DNA of 64,000 bases from Trueperaceae bacterium (GTDB lineage Bacteria > Deinococcota > Deinococci > Deinococcales > Trueperaceae). A model generated the notes under the pieces. That model worked only from the letters and a program-made list of their open reading frames with translations. It was not told where the DNA came from and searched no databases. Made by a program: the position numbers and the translations under genes. The stretch is from contig OZ243913.1 of the NCBI GenBank assembly GCA_965213705.1, positions 3,808,001 through 3,872,000 on the forward strand, read 5' to 3'. Every line of letters begins with the position of its first letter. Within the stretch, counting starts at the first letter, position 1. Positions 18,305 to 28,630 of the stretch are shown in pieces.

Positions 18305-20050
18305 ATGTTCGGGGGAACTCACAAAGTCTTGACCTTGTGCCTGTTGGGCACTTTTGTGTTGAACGCGGCGGCCGAGGACCTGGGCAACTGGGCGCTCAGA
18401 CCGGGCTACAGTTTAGAGGTCGACAGTGTAGGCTTTTACTTGCCCACGTCTATCGCCTTCGTACCCGACCCCGGTGACGCTCCGGACGACCCTCTTTACT
18501 TTGTGACCGAGTTGCAGGGCGAGGTCAAGGTCGTGACCAACGACCGCACGGTACACGCATTCGCCAAGGTACCCACGCTCGAGACCCAAACCCCCGACCT
18601 GTACGGGGCCAGCCAGTCGGGGGCGGCGGGGGTGTGCCTGGAGCCCGAGAACGGCTACGTGTTCGTCACTTTCACCTACCCCGACGAAGGCGGCGTCCTG
18701 CACAACAATGTCGCCCGCTTCACCACGGAACCGGGGGGGTTCGCCCTGGAACCGAGCGAAGTTGTCGAATTCACCGACTTTTTCGTGAACTACCAGACCG
18801 CCCCGGCTCACCAAATCGGCAACTGCCAAACGCGTGACGGTGCGCTTTACGTGGGTGTGGGCGACGGGGGCAACGCCGCGAACGCCGTCAACATGGAGGT
18901 GCCGCTCGGCAAGATGCTCTGTTTCGACTTCAGCGGCAAGCCTTGTCGGACGACCGGCGACACGGCCATAACGGACTACTTTTGGGCCTACGGGTTTCGC
19001 AACCCCTTCGGCATAGTCTTCGTCGGGGACGAGCTTTATATAGCTGAAAACGGCGTGGACGTGGACCGCTTTTACCGGGCGCGGCCGGGCGAGAACCACA
19101 ACTGGAACGGCTCCGACCAGAGCATCGCCGCCGGGGCGGACCTCGTCTTCACGCCGACCGTCTCGCCCGTCCAGCTCGACTTTATCGGTGAGGACGTGCC
19201 CTTTGTAGACGACGACCTCGCGAACCACTTCGCCTTCGGCGCTTACGGCGGGGAGGGCGACGGGACGAGCACGGGGGTCGTCTCGTTCGACTATAGTCTG
19301 GCTACGAGCGAGGTCGAGGGAATGCCTTACTACCTGCTCGAGTACGTCGGCGCGGGCGAGCAGCGCGTGACCGGCTTCGCGGTCGGCCCCGACGCCCTCT
19401 ACGCGGTGCCGAGCGTGCCGGACGCTGAAGGTCAGGGCTTCATCCTCAAGTTCCGCTACGACCCCGCCGCCGCGCACGGCGTGACGGTGGCGCAGCGGAG
19501 CAGCCTCGTTTCTGCGTCTCATTTGGGCTTGCTCAACGACTACGGCTGCGTCGGCTGTCACGCGATTCGGGGCCGGGGCGGCGGCATCGGCCCGGCGCTG
19601 GACAAGTTCGCCCTCAACTGGCGGCTCAACGAACGCCTCAACTCGAGCGGGTACGCCGAGCAAATCGCCGCGGTCGACGCGCTTACGCTGGACCCCTATC
19701 CCGCCTGGCGCGACGCGCGCCAAGCGGTGCTCGCCGCCACCGGGCGGGAGCGCACTTACGAATGGTTCGAGCACTACTTGCAAAACCCGAAGTTCGACAA
19801 CCCCGCGACGCAGATGCCCGACCTGGGCCTCAGCGCCGAGGAGGCCGCCGCGGTTCGCGACGAGCTTTACCAGGTTCTGGACGTCGACATCCCGGCGCAG
19901 ACGAACTTTGCAACGCGGCTGCTCGGCTTCGCCGGGCGCAACCCCAAGGCGCTGGCCGTCGGGGCCGCGGGCGGGGCCGCGCTGATGCTGCCCGTCGTCT
20001 TGCTCCTGGGCCTGATGTGGCGCAGGAGCGACAAGAAGGAGACCCCATGA
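18305..20050 (+). CDS. PQQ/GSDH-type beta-propeller fused to a c-type cytochrome with C-terminal anchor
   Basis: Signal peptide, GVGDGG, YGFRNPFG, CVGCH heme motif, distal MP, C-terminal TM. Confidence 0.8.
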   Translation: MFGGTHKVLTLCLLGTFVLNAAAEDLGNWALRPGYSLEVDSVGFYLPTSIAFVPDPGDAPDDPLYFVTELQGEVKVVTNDRTVHAFAKVPTLETQTPDLYGASQSGAAGVCLEPENGYVFVTFTYPDEGGVLHNNVARFTTEPGGFALEPSEVVEFTDFFVNYQTAPAHQIGNCQTRDGALYVGVGDGGNAANAVNMEVPLGKMLCFDFSGKPCRTTGDTAITDYFWAYGFRNPFGIVFVGDELYIAENGVDVDRFYRARPGENHNWNGSDQSIAAGADLVFTPTVSPVQLDFIGEDVPFVDDDLANHFAFGAYGGEGDGTSTGVVSFDYSLATSEVEGMPYYLLEYVGAGEQRVTGFAVGPDALYAVPSVPDAEGQGFILKFRYDPAAAHGVTVAQRSSLVSASHLGLLNDYGCVGCHAIRGRGGGIGPALDKFALNWRLNERLNSSGYAEQIAAVDALTLDPYPAWRDARQAVLAATGRERTYEWFEHYLQNPKFDNPATQMPDLGLSAEEAAAVRDELYQVLDVDIPAQTNFATRLLGFAGRNPKALAVGAAGGAALMLPVVLLLGLMWRRSDKKETP

Positions 20051-20601
20051 TTTTCACAGAAACCCCCCTCAAAGGCGCGTTCGTCATCGAGCTTAAACAA
20101 ATCAGCGACGACCGCGGCTTTTTCGCGCGCAGTTTTTGCATGGACGAGTTTGAGGCGCACGGCCTTAAACCTCGCGTCGCCCAGTGCAACCTGTCCTATA
20201 ACCACAAGGCGGGCACGATGCGCGGGATGCACTACCAGCTGCCGCCCGCCGCCGAGACGAAGCTCGTGCGCTGCACGCGCGGCGCGATTTACGACGCCAT
20301 CATCGACCTGCGCCCGGACTCGCCCACGTATATGCAGAGTTTCGGAATAGAGCTGAGCGAGGACAACCGCAAAGCCTTGTACGTGCCCGAACTGTTCGCC
20401 CACGGCTACCAGGCGCTGACCGACGGAGCCGAGGTGACGTATCAGGTGAGCGAGTTTTACACGCCCGGCCAAGAGCGCGGTTTGCGCTACGACGACCCGG
20501 CTTTCGACATCGCGTGGCCGCTCGAGGTCACGGTGATTTCCGACAAGGACGCCGCCTGGGAACCGTTCGAAGCCGCGAAAAACGCGGAGGTCGTGTCGTG
20601 A
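20047..20601 (+). CDS. rfbC: dTDP-4-dehydrorhamnose 3,5-epimerase family
   Basis: DDRGFF, RGMHYQ, KLVRC, DLRPDSPT, AHGYQ. Confidence 0.92.
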   Translation: MIFTETPLKGAFVIELKQISDDRGFFARSFCMDEFEAHGLKPRVAQCNLSYNHKAGTMRGMHYQLPPAAETKLVRCTRGAIYDAIIDLRPDSPTYMQSFGIELSEDNRKALYVPELFAHGYQALTDGAEVTYQVSEFYTPGQERGLRYDDPAFDIAWPLEVTVISDKDAAWEPFEAAKNAEVVS

Positions 20602-21914
20602 TCATCGTCGATACCGCCCTGAAAAAACGGGCCGAGGCCGGAAACCCGCTGCGCGTGGCGATGGTCGGCGCGGGCTTTATGGCGAGGGGCCTCGCCAACC
20701 AAATCCTCAACTCGGTGCCGGGCATGGAACTCGTCGCCATCGCCAACCGCACGCTTGAAAAAGCCGAGAGTGCCTACAAGGACGCGGGGGCGACCGAGGT
20801 CGCGCGGGTTGGTACGGTGGCAGGGCTCGAGGACGCGGTACGCCAAAACAAACCCGCCGTCACCGAAGACCCGCTGCTGCTGTGCCGAGCGGACGGCATT
20901 GAAGCCGTCATCGACGTGACCGGGGCGGTCGAGTACGGCGCGCACATCGCCTTGGAAGCCTTCAAACACGGCAAACACCTCATCCTCATGAACGCCGAAC
21001 TCGACGGCACCGTCGGCCCGATTCTCAAAACTTACGCCGACAAGGCAGGCGTCGTCTACAGCGGCAGCGACGGCGACCAGCCCGGCGTCGAGATGAACCT
21101 GTACCGGTTTGTCAAAAGCATCGGCCTGACGCCGCTGCTCTGCGGCAACATCAAAGGCCTGCAAGACCGCTACCGCACACCGACCACCCAAAAAGCCTTC
21201 GCCGAAAAGTGGGGGCAGAACCCGAGCATGGTCACCTCGTTCGCCGACGGCACCAAGATTTCTTTCGAGCAGGCCATCGTCGCCAACGCGACCGGCATGA
21301 CGGTCGCCAAGCGGGGCATGTACGGTTATGACTTCACGGGCCACGTCGACGAGGCGACAAAACTTTACGACGTGGCCGAACTCAAGCGCTTGGGTGGCGT
21401 CGTCGACTACGTGGTCGGCACCAAACCGGGGCCGGGCGTGTTCGTTTACGCGGCGCACGACGACCCCAAACAGCAACACTACCTCAACCTCTACAAACTC
21501 GGCGAGGGGCCGCTCTACAGCTTCTACACGCCGTACCACCTGTGCCACTTCGAAGCGCCGCTGTCGATGGCTCGAGCCATTTTGTTCAACGACCCCGTGC
21601 TGGCCCCCTTGGGCGCGCCGCAGGTGGACATCATCACGCTGGCGAAAACCGACCTGAAAGCCGGGCAAACCCTGGACGGCTTGGGCGAGTACATGACCTA
21701 CGGCGAGTGCGAACGCGCCGACGTGACGGCGCAACAAAACCTTCTCCCCATCGGCCTCGCCGAAGGCTGCCGCTTGAAGCGCGATATTCAAAAAGACGCG
21801 GCGCTGAGCTACGACGATGTGGAAGTTCCCACAGGGCTGTTGAGTCATCGCTTACGGCAAGAACAGGACGCGCACTTTAAACTGAAAGAAGGGAAAACGA
21901 CCGTCCACGCCTAA
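20598..21914 (+). CDS. NAD(P)-dependent oxidoreductase, homoserine-dehydrogenase-like with C-terminal SAF domain
   Basis: VGAGFM, NAELD, GDQPG, DGTK, YTPYHL, LLPIGL; GTGA overlap with rfbC. Confidence 0.85.
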   Translation: MIIVDTALKKRAEAGNPLRVAMVGAGFMARGLANQILNSVPGMELVAIANRTLEKAESAYKDAGATEVARVGTVAGLEDAVRQNKPAVTEDPLLLCRADGIEAVIDVTGAVEYGAHIALEAFKHGKHLILMNAELDGTVGPILKTYADKAGVVYSGSDGDQPGVEMNLYRFVKSIGLTPLLCGNIKGLQDRYRTPTTQKAFAEKWGQNPSMVTSFADGTKISFEQAIVANATGMTVAKRGMYGYDFTGHVDEATKLYDVAELKRLGGVVDYVVGTKPGPGVFVYAAHDDPKQQHYLNLYKLGEGPLYSFYTPYHLCHFEAPLSMARAILFNDPVLAPLGAPQVDIITLAKTDLKAGQTLDGLGEYMTYGECERADVTAQQNLLPIGLAEGCRLKRDIQKDAALSYDDVEVPTGLLSHRLRQEQDAHFKLKEGKTTVHA

Positions 21915-21922
21915 GGAGCGTT

Positions 21923-22726
21923 ATGGGTACATCGCAAGCGAATAAACCTTTGGCCACACGAGGGCTGAGGTACGCTCGTCGCTTGCCGGGCAAGCTCTCG
22001 CGAAAACTGGCCGAACCCGTGCTGGGTTCGGTCAAGTCGGTCACCACCGCGGAACGGGTCGCGGCGCTGACCTTCGACGACGGGCCGCACCCGGAGTACA
22101 CCCCGCAGCTGCTCGAGGTCTTGGAACGCCACGGGGCCAAAGGCACCTTTTTCACGGTCGGCGCGGCGGCCGAAGCGCACCCCGAAACGGTGAAGCGCGT
22201 CGTGGCCGGGGGCCACGCGCTCGCCAACCACACCTTCGACCACTACTCGGTGCCGCTGCTCTCGCCCACAGAGCAGCTCGGGCAACTGCGCCGCTGCGCG
22301 CAAACGCTCGCCCCCTTCGGCGGCGACAACGGCCTGTTCCGCCCGCCCTACGGCCACCAGAGCCGGGCTTCGCGGCTGAGCGCACTGCGCCTCGGCTACA
22401 CGGTCGTCGCCTGGAGCCACCACGCGTTCGACTGGCTCGAGCACGACGCGGCGTTTTTCGGCGAGCGCCTGGAAAGTCAACTGAGACCGGGTGGCATTTT
22501 CTTGTTGCACGACAACCTCTACCGCATCAGCGACGCCAGGCTGGACGCCCGCGACGAACTGCTGAGTGCGCTCGACGCGTTTTTGGCCCGCCGTAGGGAC
22601 TACCGCTTCGTCACCGTGCCCGAGTTGTTAGGGCGCGGCCGGGTCGAACGCGCCCTGTGGTTCCAGACGCCCGACCGGGCTTGGCTCGAGCAGGTCGACC
22701 CCCTGGGTTTGGGCGGGGCGCGGTGA
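21923..22726 (+). CDS. Polysaccharide deacetylase (NodB/CE4)
   Basis: LTFDDGP, NHTFDH, FRPPYG, LLHD. Confidence 0.92.
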   Translation: MGTSQANKPLATRGLRYARRLPGKLSRKLAEPVLGSVKSVTTAERVAALTFDDGPHPEYTPQLLEVLERHGAKGTFFTVGAAAEAHPETVKRVVAGGHALANHTFDHYSVPLLSPTEQLGQLRRCAQTLAPFGGDNGLFRPPYGHQSRASRLSALRLGYTVVAWSHHAFDWLEHDAAFFGERLESQLRPGGIFLLHDNLYRISDARLDARDELLSALDAFLARRRDYRFVTVPELLGRGRVERALWFQTPDRAWLEQVDPLGLGGAR

Positions 22727-23586
22727 AACTGAGCGTTGTCATTCCCTGCTACAACGCGGCCGACACCCTGGCCGAACAGCTTCAAGCGCTGAGCGAGCAA
22801 GTCTGGGACGAATCCTGGGAGGTCGTTCTTGCCGACAACGGCTCGACCGACGCCTCCGCCGCGATTGCCGAGCGTTTCCGTGACCGGCTGCCGAGCTTGG
22901 TGGTCGTCGACGCGTCCGCCAAACGTGGGCGCTCCTACGCCCGCAACGAAGGGGCTAAGGTTGCGCGCGGCGCGAACCTCACGTTTGTAGACGCCGACGA
23001 CGTGGTCGCGCCCGGTTGGCTGGCAGCTTTGGGTACGGCGCTCGAGACCCACACCTTCGTCGCGCCCCGCCACGACTTCGACCACCTCAACAACGTTTCG
23101 GTTCGCGGCTCACGCAAAAACGAGCAAAGCGGCGGCCTGCAGCACTACGTTTACCCGACTTTTTTGCCCCACGCGGGCGGCTGCGGCCTCAGCGTGCGGC
23201 GCGCGCTCCACGAACAGCTCGGCGGCTTCGACGAAAAGGTGTTTACCCTAGAGGACACCGACTACTGTTGGCGGCTGCAACTGGCCGGCCACGAGCTGCA
23301 CTTCGCCCACGACGCGCTCATTTATATCCGTTTCCGCACCGACGCGCGCAGTATTTACCGGCAGGCCAAAAGCTACGGTGAATTCAACGTCCTCCTTTAC
23401 AAACGTTACCGCGACAAGGGAATGCCGCCCCTGTCCTGGAAACACGGTTTGGCAGGCTGGGCCAAGGTTGCCAAGACCTTGCCGCACCTGGCCGACGAAA
23501 CGACCCGCCCCCGCTGGTTATGGCAGTTCGGCTGGCGCTACGGCCGGCTGTTGGGCAGTCTCAAGTACCACGTGCTGGCCTTATGA
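22723..23586 (+). CDS. Glycosyltransferase family 2
   Basis: SVVIPCYN, DNGSTD, DADD, EDTD; GTGA overlap. Confidence 0.9.
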   Translation: MKLSVVIPCYNAADTLAEQLQALSEQVWDESWEVVLADNGSTDASAAIAERFRDRLPSLVVVDASAKRGRSYARNEGAKVARGANLTFVDADDVVAPGWLAALGTALETHTFVAPRHDFDHLNNVSVRGSRKNEQSGGLQHYVYPTFLPHAGGCGLSVRRALHEQLGGFDEKVFTLEDTDYCWRLQLAGHELHFAHDALIYIRFRTDARSIYRQAKSYGEFNVLLYKRYRDKGMPPLSWKHGLAGWAKVAKTLPHLADETTRPRWLWQFGWRYGRLLGSLKYHVLAL

Positions 23587-23599
23587 AGGGTGCGCCGCT

Positions 23600-24298
23600 A
23601 TGATCGAACGTGTCACGCGCAAGCTCGCTGTCGTCTTGGGCAAGATGCTCCACGAGGCCGAGAACGCCGTCGCGCAAGCGACCCTGCCACGTTTCGCCAC
23701 GCCTGCCGAGGGCTTAGTGATACAGTCGCCCCGACAAATCGGCAACCCTCACCTCATCCACCTCGGCAGCGACGTCAAACTCGGCCCCAACAGCGTGTTG
23801 CGGGCGCTTCAAAAACTGCCCGGCAGTTGGCTCGAGCACCCCGAGGGTGAGCACGTCACGCAAACCTTTACCCCCGAACTCCGCATCGGCGACCGCGTTA
23901 CCGCCACGGGGCTGTTGCAGGTCATCGCTCACGAACGCATCATCATCGAAGACGACGTGATGTTTGCGACCAACGTGTTTGTTTGCGACGGCTTGCACGG
24001 GTTCGAGCGCGGCGACGTTCCTTACAAGTACCAGGGCATTTTCCGCATCGCGCCCATCCACATCGGGCGGGGCAGCTGGCTTGGGCAGAACGTGGTCGTG
24101 TTGCCCGGCGTCACCATCGGCGAATGTGCGATAGTCGGGGCCAACAGCGTGGTGAGCAAAGACGTTCCGGCGCACTCGGTCGCGGTGGGCGCGCCCGCCA
24201 AGGTGACCCGCCGCTGGGACCACGCGAGCGAAAGCTGGCAGTCTGTGACCGGCACAGAGTTTGACACGACTTCTCATGCTACCCTAACCACGGAGTGA
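23600..24298 (+). CDS. Hexapeptide-repeat (LbH) O-acyltransferase
   Basis: IGRGSWLG..VVVLPGVTIG..AIVGANSVV..DVP...VGAPAK. Confidence 0.88.
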   Translation: MIERVTRKLAVVLGKMLHEAENAVAQATLPRFATPAEGLVIQSPRQIGNPHLIHLGSDVKLGPNSVLRALQKLPGSWLEHPEGEHVTQTFTPELRIGDRVTATGLLQVIAHERIIIEDDVMFATNVFVCDGLHGFERGDVPYKYQGIFRIAPIHIGRGSWLGQNVVVLPGVTIGECAIVGANSVVSKDVPAHSVAVGAPAKVTRRWDHASESWQSVTGTEFDTTSHATLTTE

Positions 24299-25254
24299 TC
24301 ATGGTACGACCTTTAGTCACAATCGGACTTTCCACCTACAACCGCGCCGACGGCTACTTGCAGAACGCCCTGCGCAGCGCGCTCGAGCAGACCTATCCCA
24401 ACCTGGAAATCGTCGTTTCCGACAACGGCTCGACAGACCACACCGAAGCGTTCGTGAAAAGTTTCGCCGACGAGCGCGTCCGTTACTTCAAACAGGCCCA
24501 AAACATCGGGGCCAACGCCAACTTCAACTTTTGCCTGGAGCAAGCGCGGGGCGACTACTTTTTGCTGCTCCACGACGACGACGTCTTAGACCCCGACTTG
24601 GTCGAGGCTTGCCTGGACGCCGCCGGAAACGCTACCCACTTCGGCGTCCTCCGCAGCGGCACGCGCGTCATCGACGCCAGCGGCAACGTCGTCACCGAAA
24701 AACCCAACCGGATGAGCGGGCGTTCCACCACCGAGCTGTTCTTGAGCTGGTTTGGCAAAGACACGGCTATCTACTTTTGCAGCACTCTTTTCAACACCGA
24801 CTACCTCAAAAAAGCCGGGGGGCTGCGCACAAAAACAAACGTCTTCGAAGACGTCGTCGCCATCGCGCGGCTCGCCGCGCGCCACGGCCACGCCGACGTG
24901 CTCGAGCCCAAAGCCAGTTTTCGCGTCCACGGCAACAACAAAGGGTCCTCGGTCAACACGGTGCGGGACTGGGCGGAGGACTCGCTTTACTTACTCCAAG
25001 TCTTGCGCGAGGAGTTGCCCCAAGACGCCGAGCGGCTCTTCGAGGCGGGGCAACCTTACTTGTGCGCTCGCCTTTACCGTTACGCGTCGCTGCTGCCGTC
25101 TTGGCGCGAGCGCGCACAAGCTTTTTGGTGGAGCTACAAGCTGTTCGACTATAGTTACTCACCCGTCAAGTACCTCTCACGCCAACAGCTCTCGCGTCTC
25201 AAACTAAGCGTGCGCAACCTTGTCAAAGGGCAGCCGACGGGCCAAGCGGCTTAA
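24295..25254 (+). CDS. Glycosyltransferase family 2
   Basis: TYNRA, SDNGSTD, HDDD; start at GTG 24295 or ATG 24301. Confidence 0.9.
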   Translation: MIMVRPLVTIGLSTYNRADGYLQNALRSALEQTYPNLEIVVSDNGSTDHTEAFVKSFADERVRYFKQAQNIGANANFNFCLEQARGDYFLLLHDDDVLDPDLVEACLDAAGNATHFGVLRSGTRVIDASGNVVTEKPNRMSGRSTTELFLSWFGKDTAIYFCSTLFNTDYLKKAGGLRTKTNVFEDVVAIARLAARHGHADVLEPKASFRVHGNNKGSSVNTVRDWAEDSLYLLQVLREELPQDAERLFEAGQPYLCARLYRYASLLPSWRERAQAFWWSYKLFDYSYSPVKYLSRQQLSRLKLSVRNLVKGQPTGQAA

Positions 25255-25255
25255 C

Positions 25256-26518
25256 ATGCGAACCGCACACCTCATAGGGGTGTTTCCCAAACTGTCGGAA
25301 ACGTTTATCCTCAACCAGCTTACCGGGCTTATCGACCGGGGTCACGAGGTCGACATCTTCGGCATGGCGGTGGGCGACTTGAGCGTCGTTCATCCGGACG
25401 TGAAGCGCTATGGCCTGTTAAGCCGTTCACGCCATCTCGAGGTCCCCGGGGACCACACCATGCGCGCGCTCAAGGCGGGGCTTCAGCTTTCCCGGCCCTA
25501 CGCCTGGCAGCTCGCCACGCTCGACGCCCTGAACGTGAGAAAGTACGGCAAGCGCGCCCTCAACTTAGAACGGCTCTACACGACGCTGTCTTTTCTCAAA
25601 CAAAAACCTTACGACGTCGTCCACTGTCACTTCGGCGGTCAGGGGCTCGTCGGGCTGGAGTTGCTCGAGCAGGGCGTCATTACCGGCAAGCTCGTCACCT
25701 CTATCCGCGGGGCGGACATCACCAGCTCGCTCCAGGAGCGCCCCGGCCTGTACGACCAGCTCGTCAAAAAGGGGGACTTGTTTTTACCCATCAGCGAGTT
25801 TTTCAAAGACAAGCTTGTAGCCGAGGGGTGCGACCCTAAAAAAATAGCCGTACTGCGCGACGGCATCGACTTGGACCGTTTTACCTTTAAGAGCCGGACG
25901 CGCGAGCCGGGCGCGCCGACCCGGCTGCTGTTCGTCGGGCGGCTCGAGGCCAAAAAAGGCGTTTTTATGGCGACGCAGGCGGTTGCCGAGGCTCTCAAGT
26001 GCGGCCGCAAACTCGTCTTCGACGTGGTAGGTGACGGTGCCCTGCGGGTCGAACTGGAAGCCTTTATCCGCGTGCAAGGCATCGGTGAACACATCCGTCT
26101 CTACGGCTGGCAGTCGCAAGACCAGGTTTTGGAGCACCTGAAAAATGCCCACATACTGGTTGCGCCGAGCGTGACCGCACCCAGCGGCGACCAAGAGGGT
26201 ATCCCCAACACGGTCAAAGAGGGTATGGCGGTCGGGCTGCCCGTCCTGAGCACCGTTCACAGCGGTATTCCAGAACTGGTCGAGGACGGCGTGTCCGGCT
26301 ACTTGGTCGCCGAGAACGACGTGACGGCGCTGACCAACCGTCTCGTCTGCCTTATCGACCAACCCGAGCGCTGGTCCTCGATGGGCCGAGCCGGGCGCGC
26401 CAAGATAAAGGCCGACTACGACATCGAAACCCTCAACGACGACCTCGCCGACCTTTACGAAGGCCTGCTCGTCCCCTCTTGGCGTCCGAACCGGAAAGGT
26501 GTCACGGCCCTAACATGA
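25256..26518 (+). CDS. Glycosyltransferase family 4 (WcaL-like)
   Basis: FPKLSETFILNQ, HCHFG, GDQEGIP, HSGIPELV. Confidence 0.9.
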   Translation: MRTAHLIGVFPKLSETFILNQLTGLIDRGHEVDIFGMAVGDLSVVHPDVKRYGLLSRSRHLEVPGDHTMRALKAGLQLSRPYAWQLATLDALNVRKYGKRALNLERLYTTLSFLKQKPYDVVHCHFGGQGLVGLELLEQGVITGKLVTSIRGADITSSLQERPGLYDQLVKKGDLFLPISEFFKDKLVAEGCDPKKIAVLRDGIDLDRFTFKSRTREPGAPTRLLFVGRLEAKKGVFMATQAVAEALKCGRKLVFDVVGDGALRVELEAFIRVQGIGEHIRLYGWQSQDQVLEHLKNAHILVAPSVTAPSGDQEGIPNTVKEGMAVGLPVLSTVHSGIPELVEDGVSGYLVAENDVTALTNRLVCLIDQPERWSSMGRAGRAKIKADYDIETLNDDLADLYEGLLVPSWRPNRKGVTALT

Positions 26519-27756
26519 ACATCGTTTATTTTTATCAGTACTTCGGCACACCCAAAGGCGGATGGAGCACCCGCGTTTACGAGATGACCCGGCGTTGGGT
26601 CGCAGCGGGTCACCACGTCACCGTCGTGACGAGCCTCTATGACAAGTCCGACCTCAAGGCCGACGGCTTCATCACCCGCTTCGACATCGACGGCGTCGAG
26701 GTCATCCTCGTCAACGTCAAGCTGTCGAACGACCACGGCTTTGCGGCGCGCATCGCCTCGTTTTTGCTCTATGCGCTCGTCTCGGTGTATTACGCGCTGC
26801 GTCTCCCTTTTGACGTGTGCATCGCCTCGTCCGGCCCCATCACCGTGGGGCTGAGCGGTTTGGTTGCCAAGTTCGTGCGGCGCAAACCTTTCGTGTTCGA
26901 AATTCGCGATATCTGGCCGGACGGGGCCGTGCAGCTCGGTGTTTTGAAAAATCCTTCGGTGATAAGCGCGGCACGCTGGTTTGAGAAACTTTGCTACCGC
27001 GCCGCCGACCTCGTGGTCGCTTGCTCACCGGGCCAGGCAGCGCACGTGTCCGCAACCGTTCCCCACAAGGAAGTGCTCGTCGTTTCCAACGCCTCGGACA
27101 ACGACCTCATGGACGGCGTCGACGCGGCTGCGCTGAAGCGCCCCGCTTACCTAAAGGGCAAAAAGCTCGTGGTCTACACCGGCACCTTGGGGCTGATGGA
27201 CGACTGCACGCAAATCGTCGAGGCGGCGCGCGTGCTGCAGAAGCGGGGACGCGAAGACATCGCCCTACTGTTCATCGGCAGCGGCAACGAAAAAACGGCT
27301 CTCGAGGCCAGGGCCGAACGCTACGGCTTACGCAACTTGCACTTCCTGGGCCTCATGCCCAAAGAACAGGTTGTCGCCTGGCTCAAAAACGCTCGAGCCG
27401 CCTTTTACACCGTCAAAGACGTGCCCGTCCTCCACACCGGCTCGCCCAACAAACTGTTCGACGCCTTTGCCGCGGGTGTACCCGTCGTCCAGACGAGCCG
27501 GGGCTGGATTTGGGACTTGCTCGAGCAAGAGAACTGCGGTTTGAACGCTCCCCTGGACGACGCCGACGCCACGGCCGACGCCGTAACGCGGCTGTGCGAC
27601 GACGAGGCTTTTTTCGTAACCTGCGCCGCCAACGCCAAACGCCTCGCCCAGACCCGCTTTGACCGGGGACACTTGGCCGCGACTTACTTAGCAGCGTTGC
27701 AAGACCTCGCCACCCCGACAAAAGCCGGGACTTATGTACTTGGTCACGGGGACTAA
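26515..27756 (+). CDS. Glycosyltransferase family 4 (WbuB-like)
   Basis: FEIRDIWP, YTGTLG, SPNKLFD. Confidence 0.88.
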   Translation: MNIVYFYQYFGTPKGGWSTRVYEMTRRWVAAGHHVTVVTSLYDKSDLKADGFITRFDIDGVEVILVNVKLSNDHGFAARIASFLLYALVSVYYALRLPFDVCIASSGPITVGLSGLVAKFVRRKPFVFEIRDIWPDGAVQLGVLKNPSVISAARWFEKLCYRAADLVVACSPGQAAHVSATVPHKEVLVVSNASDNDLMDGVDAAALKRPAYLKGKKLVVYTGTLGLMDDCTQIVEAARVLQKRGREDIALLFIGSGNEKTALEARAERYGLRNLHFLGLMPKEQVVAWLKNARAAFYTVKDVPVLHTGSPNKLFDAFAAGVPVVQTSRGWIWDLLEQENCGLNAPLDDADATADAVTRLCDDEAFFVTCAANAKRLAQTRFDRGHLAATYLAALQDLATPTKAGTYVLGHGD

Positions 27757-28630
27757 CGGCTTTCTGGGGCGAATTCTCGTCCAGGGTTTGGGGGAACGGG
27801 GGCAACCGTACCAAACACTCAGCCGCCAAGGTGCTCAGCACAACGTCGACCTGGCAAAAGAAGTGCCGAGTTTTGCCACCGTACCCGACGTCGTCGTGCA
27901 CGCGGCGGGCAAAGCGCACAGCGTGCCCAAAACGGCTGTGGAGGCGCAAGTCTTTTTCGACATCAACTTGAAGGGCACCCAGAACTTAGTCAGGGGGCTC
28001 GAGGACGCTGTCCACTTGCCTAAGGCTTTTGTCTTTATCAGCACCGTCGCCGTCTACGGTCGGGACACCGGCACCGACATCGCGGAGACCCATCCTTTGG
28101 AGGGAGACTCGCCCTACGCCCTCAGCAAGCGCCAAGCGGAAGAGTTTTTGCAAACCTGGGGCCGGGAACGAGGCGTGCAGGTCGGCATCGTTCGGTTGCC
28201 GCTGGTCGTCGGGCCGAACCCGCCCGGCAACTTGGGCGCGATGATTCGCGGGCTCAAAACGGGCCGTTACGTGCGCGTCGGCTCGGGTGCGACGCGCAAA
28301 AGCGTCGTGTTGGCCGCCGACATTGTGGGTATTTTGCCTGCCCTCGCGGCGCAGGGCGGCGTGTACAACCTCACCGATGGCCAGCCGCCGAGCTTCGCCG
28401 AACTGGAAGAAACCATCTGCCACCAGCTCGGCCGTCCCCTGCCCAAAACCCTGCCGCTGCCTTTAGCAAAGCTGTTGGGCAAGGTCGGCGACGTGTTGGG
28501 CGAACGCTCACCTATCAACTCCGCGACCGTCGAAAAGATGACCTCGGACCTGACCTTCGACGACCACAAAGCGAGAAAAACCCTAGGCTGGCAGCCGCGG
28601 CGGGCCTTAGACTATCTCGAGGTGTCATGA
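27734..28630 (+). CDS. NAD-dependent epimerase/reductase (SDR)
   Basis: TGTNGFLG, HAAGKAH, YALSK. Confidence 0.85.
   Translation: MYLVTGTNGFLGRILVQGLGERGQPYQTLSRQGAQHNVDLAKEVPSFATVPDVVVHAAGKAHSVPKTAVEAQVFFDINLKGTQNLVRGLEDAVHLPKAFVFISTVAVYGRDTGTDIAETHPLEGDSPYALSKRQAEEFLQTWGRERGVQVGIVRLPLVVGPNPPGNLGAMIRGLKTGRYVRVGSGATRKSVVLAADIVGILPALAAQGGVYNLTDGQPPSFAELEETICHQLGRPLPKTLPLPLAKLLGKVGDVLGERSPINSATVEKMTSDLTFDDHKARKTLGWQPRRALDYLEVS

Noticed and set aside
13534..21848. Long antisense ORFs (13534-14703, 18413-19783, 20487-21848 and similar)
   Set aside because: Shadow ORFs opposite well-supported GC-rich genes; no motifs or RBS
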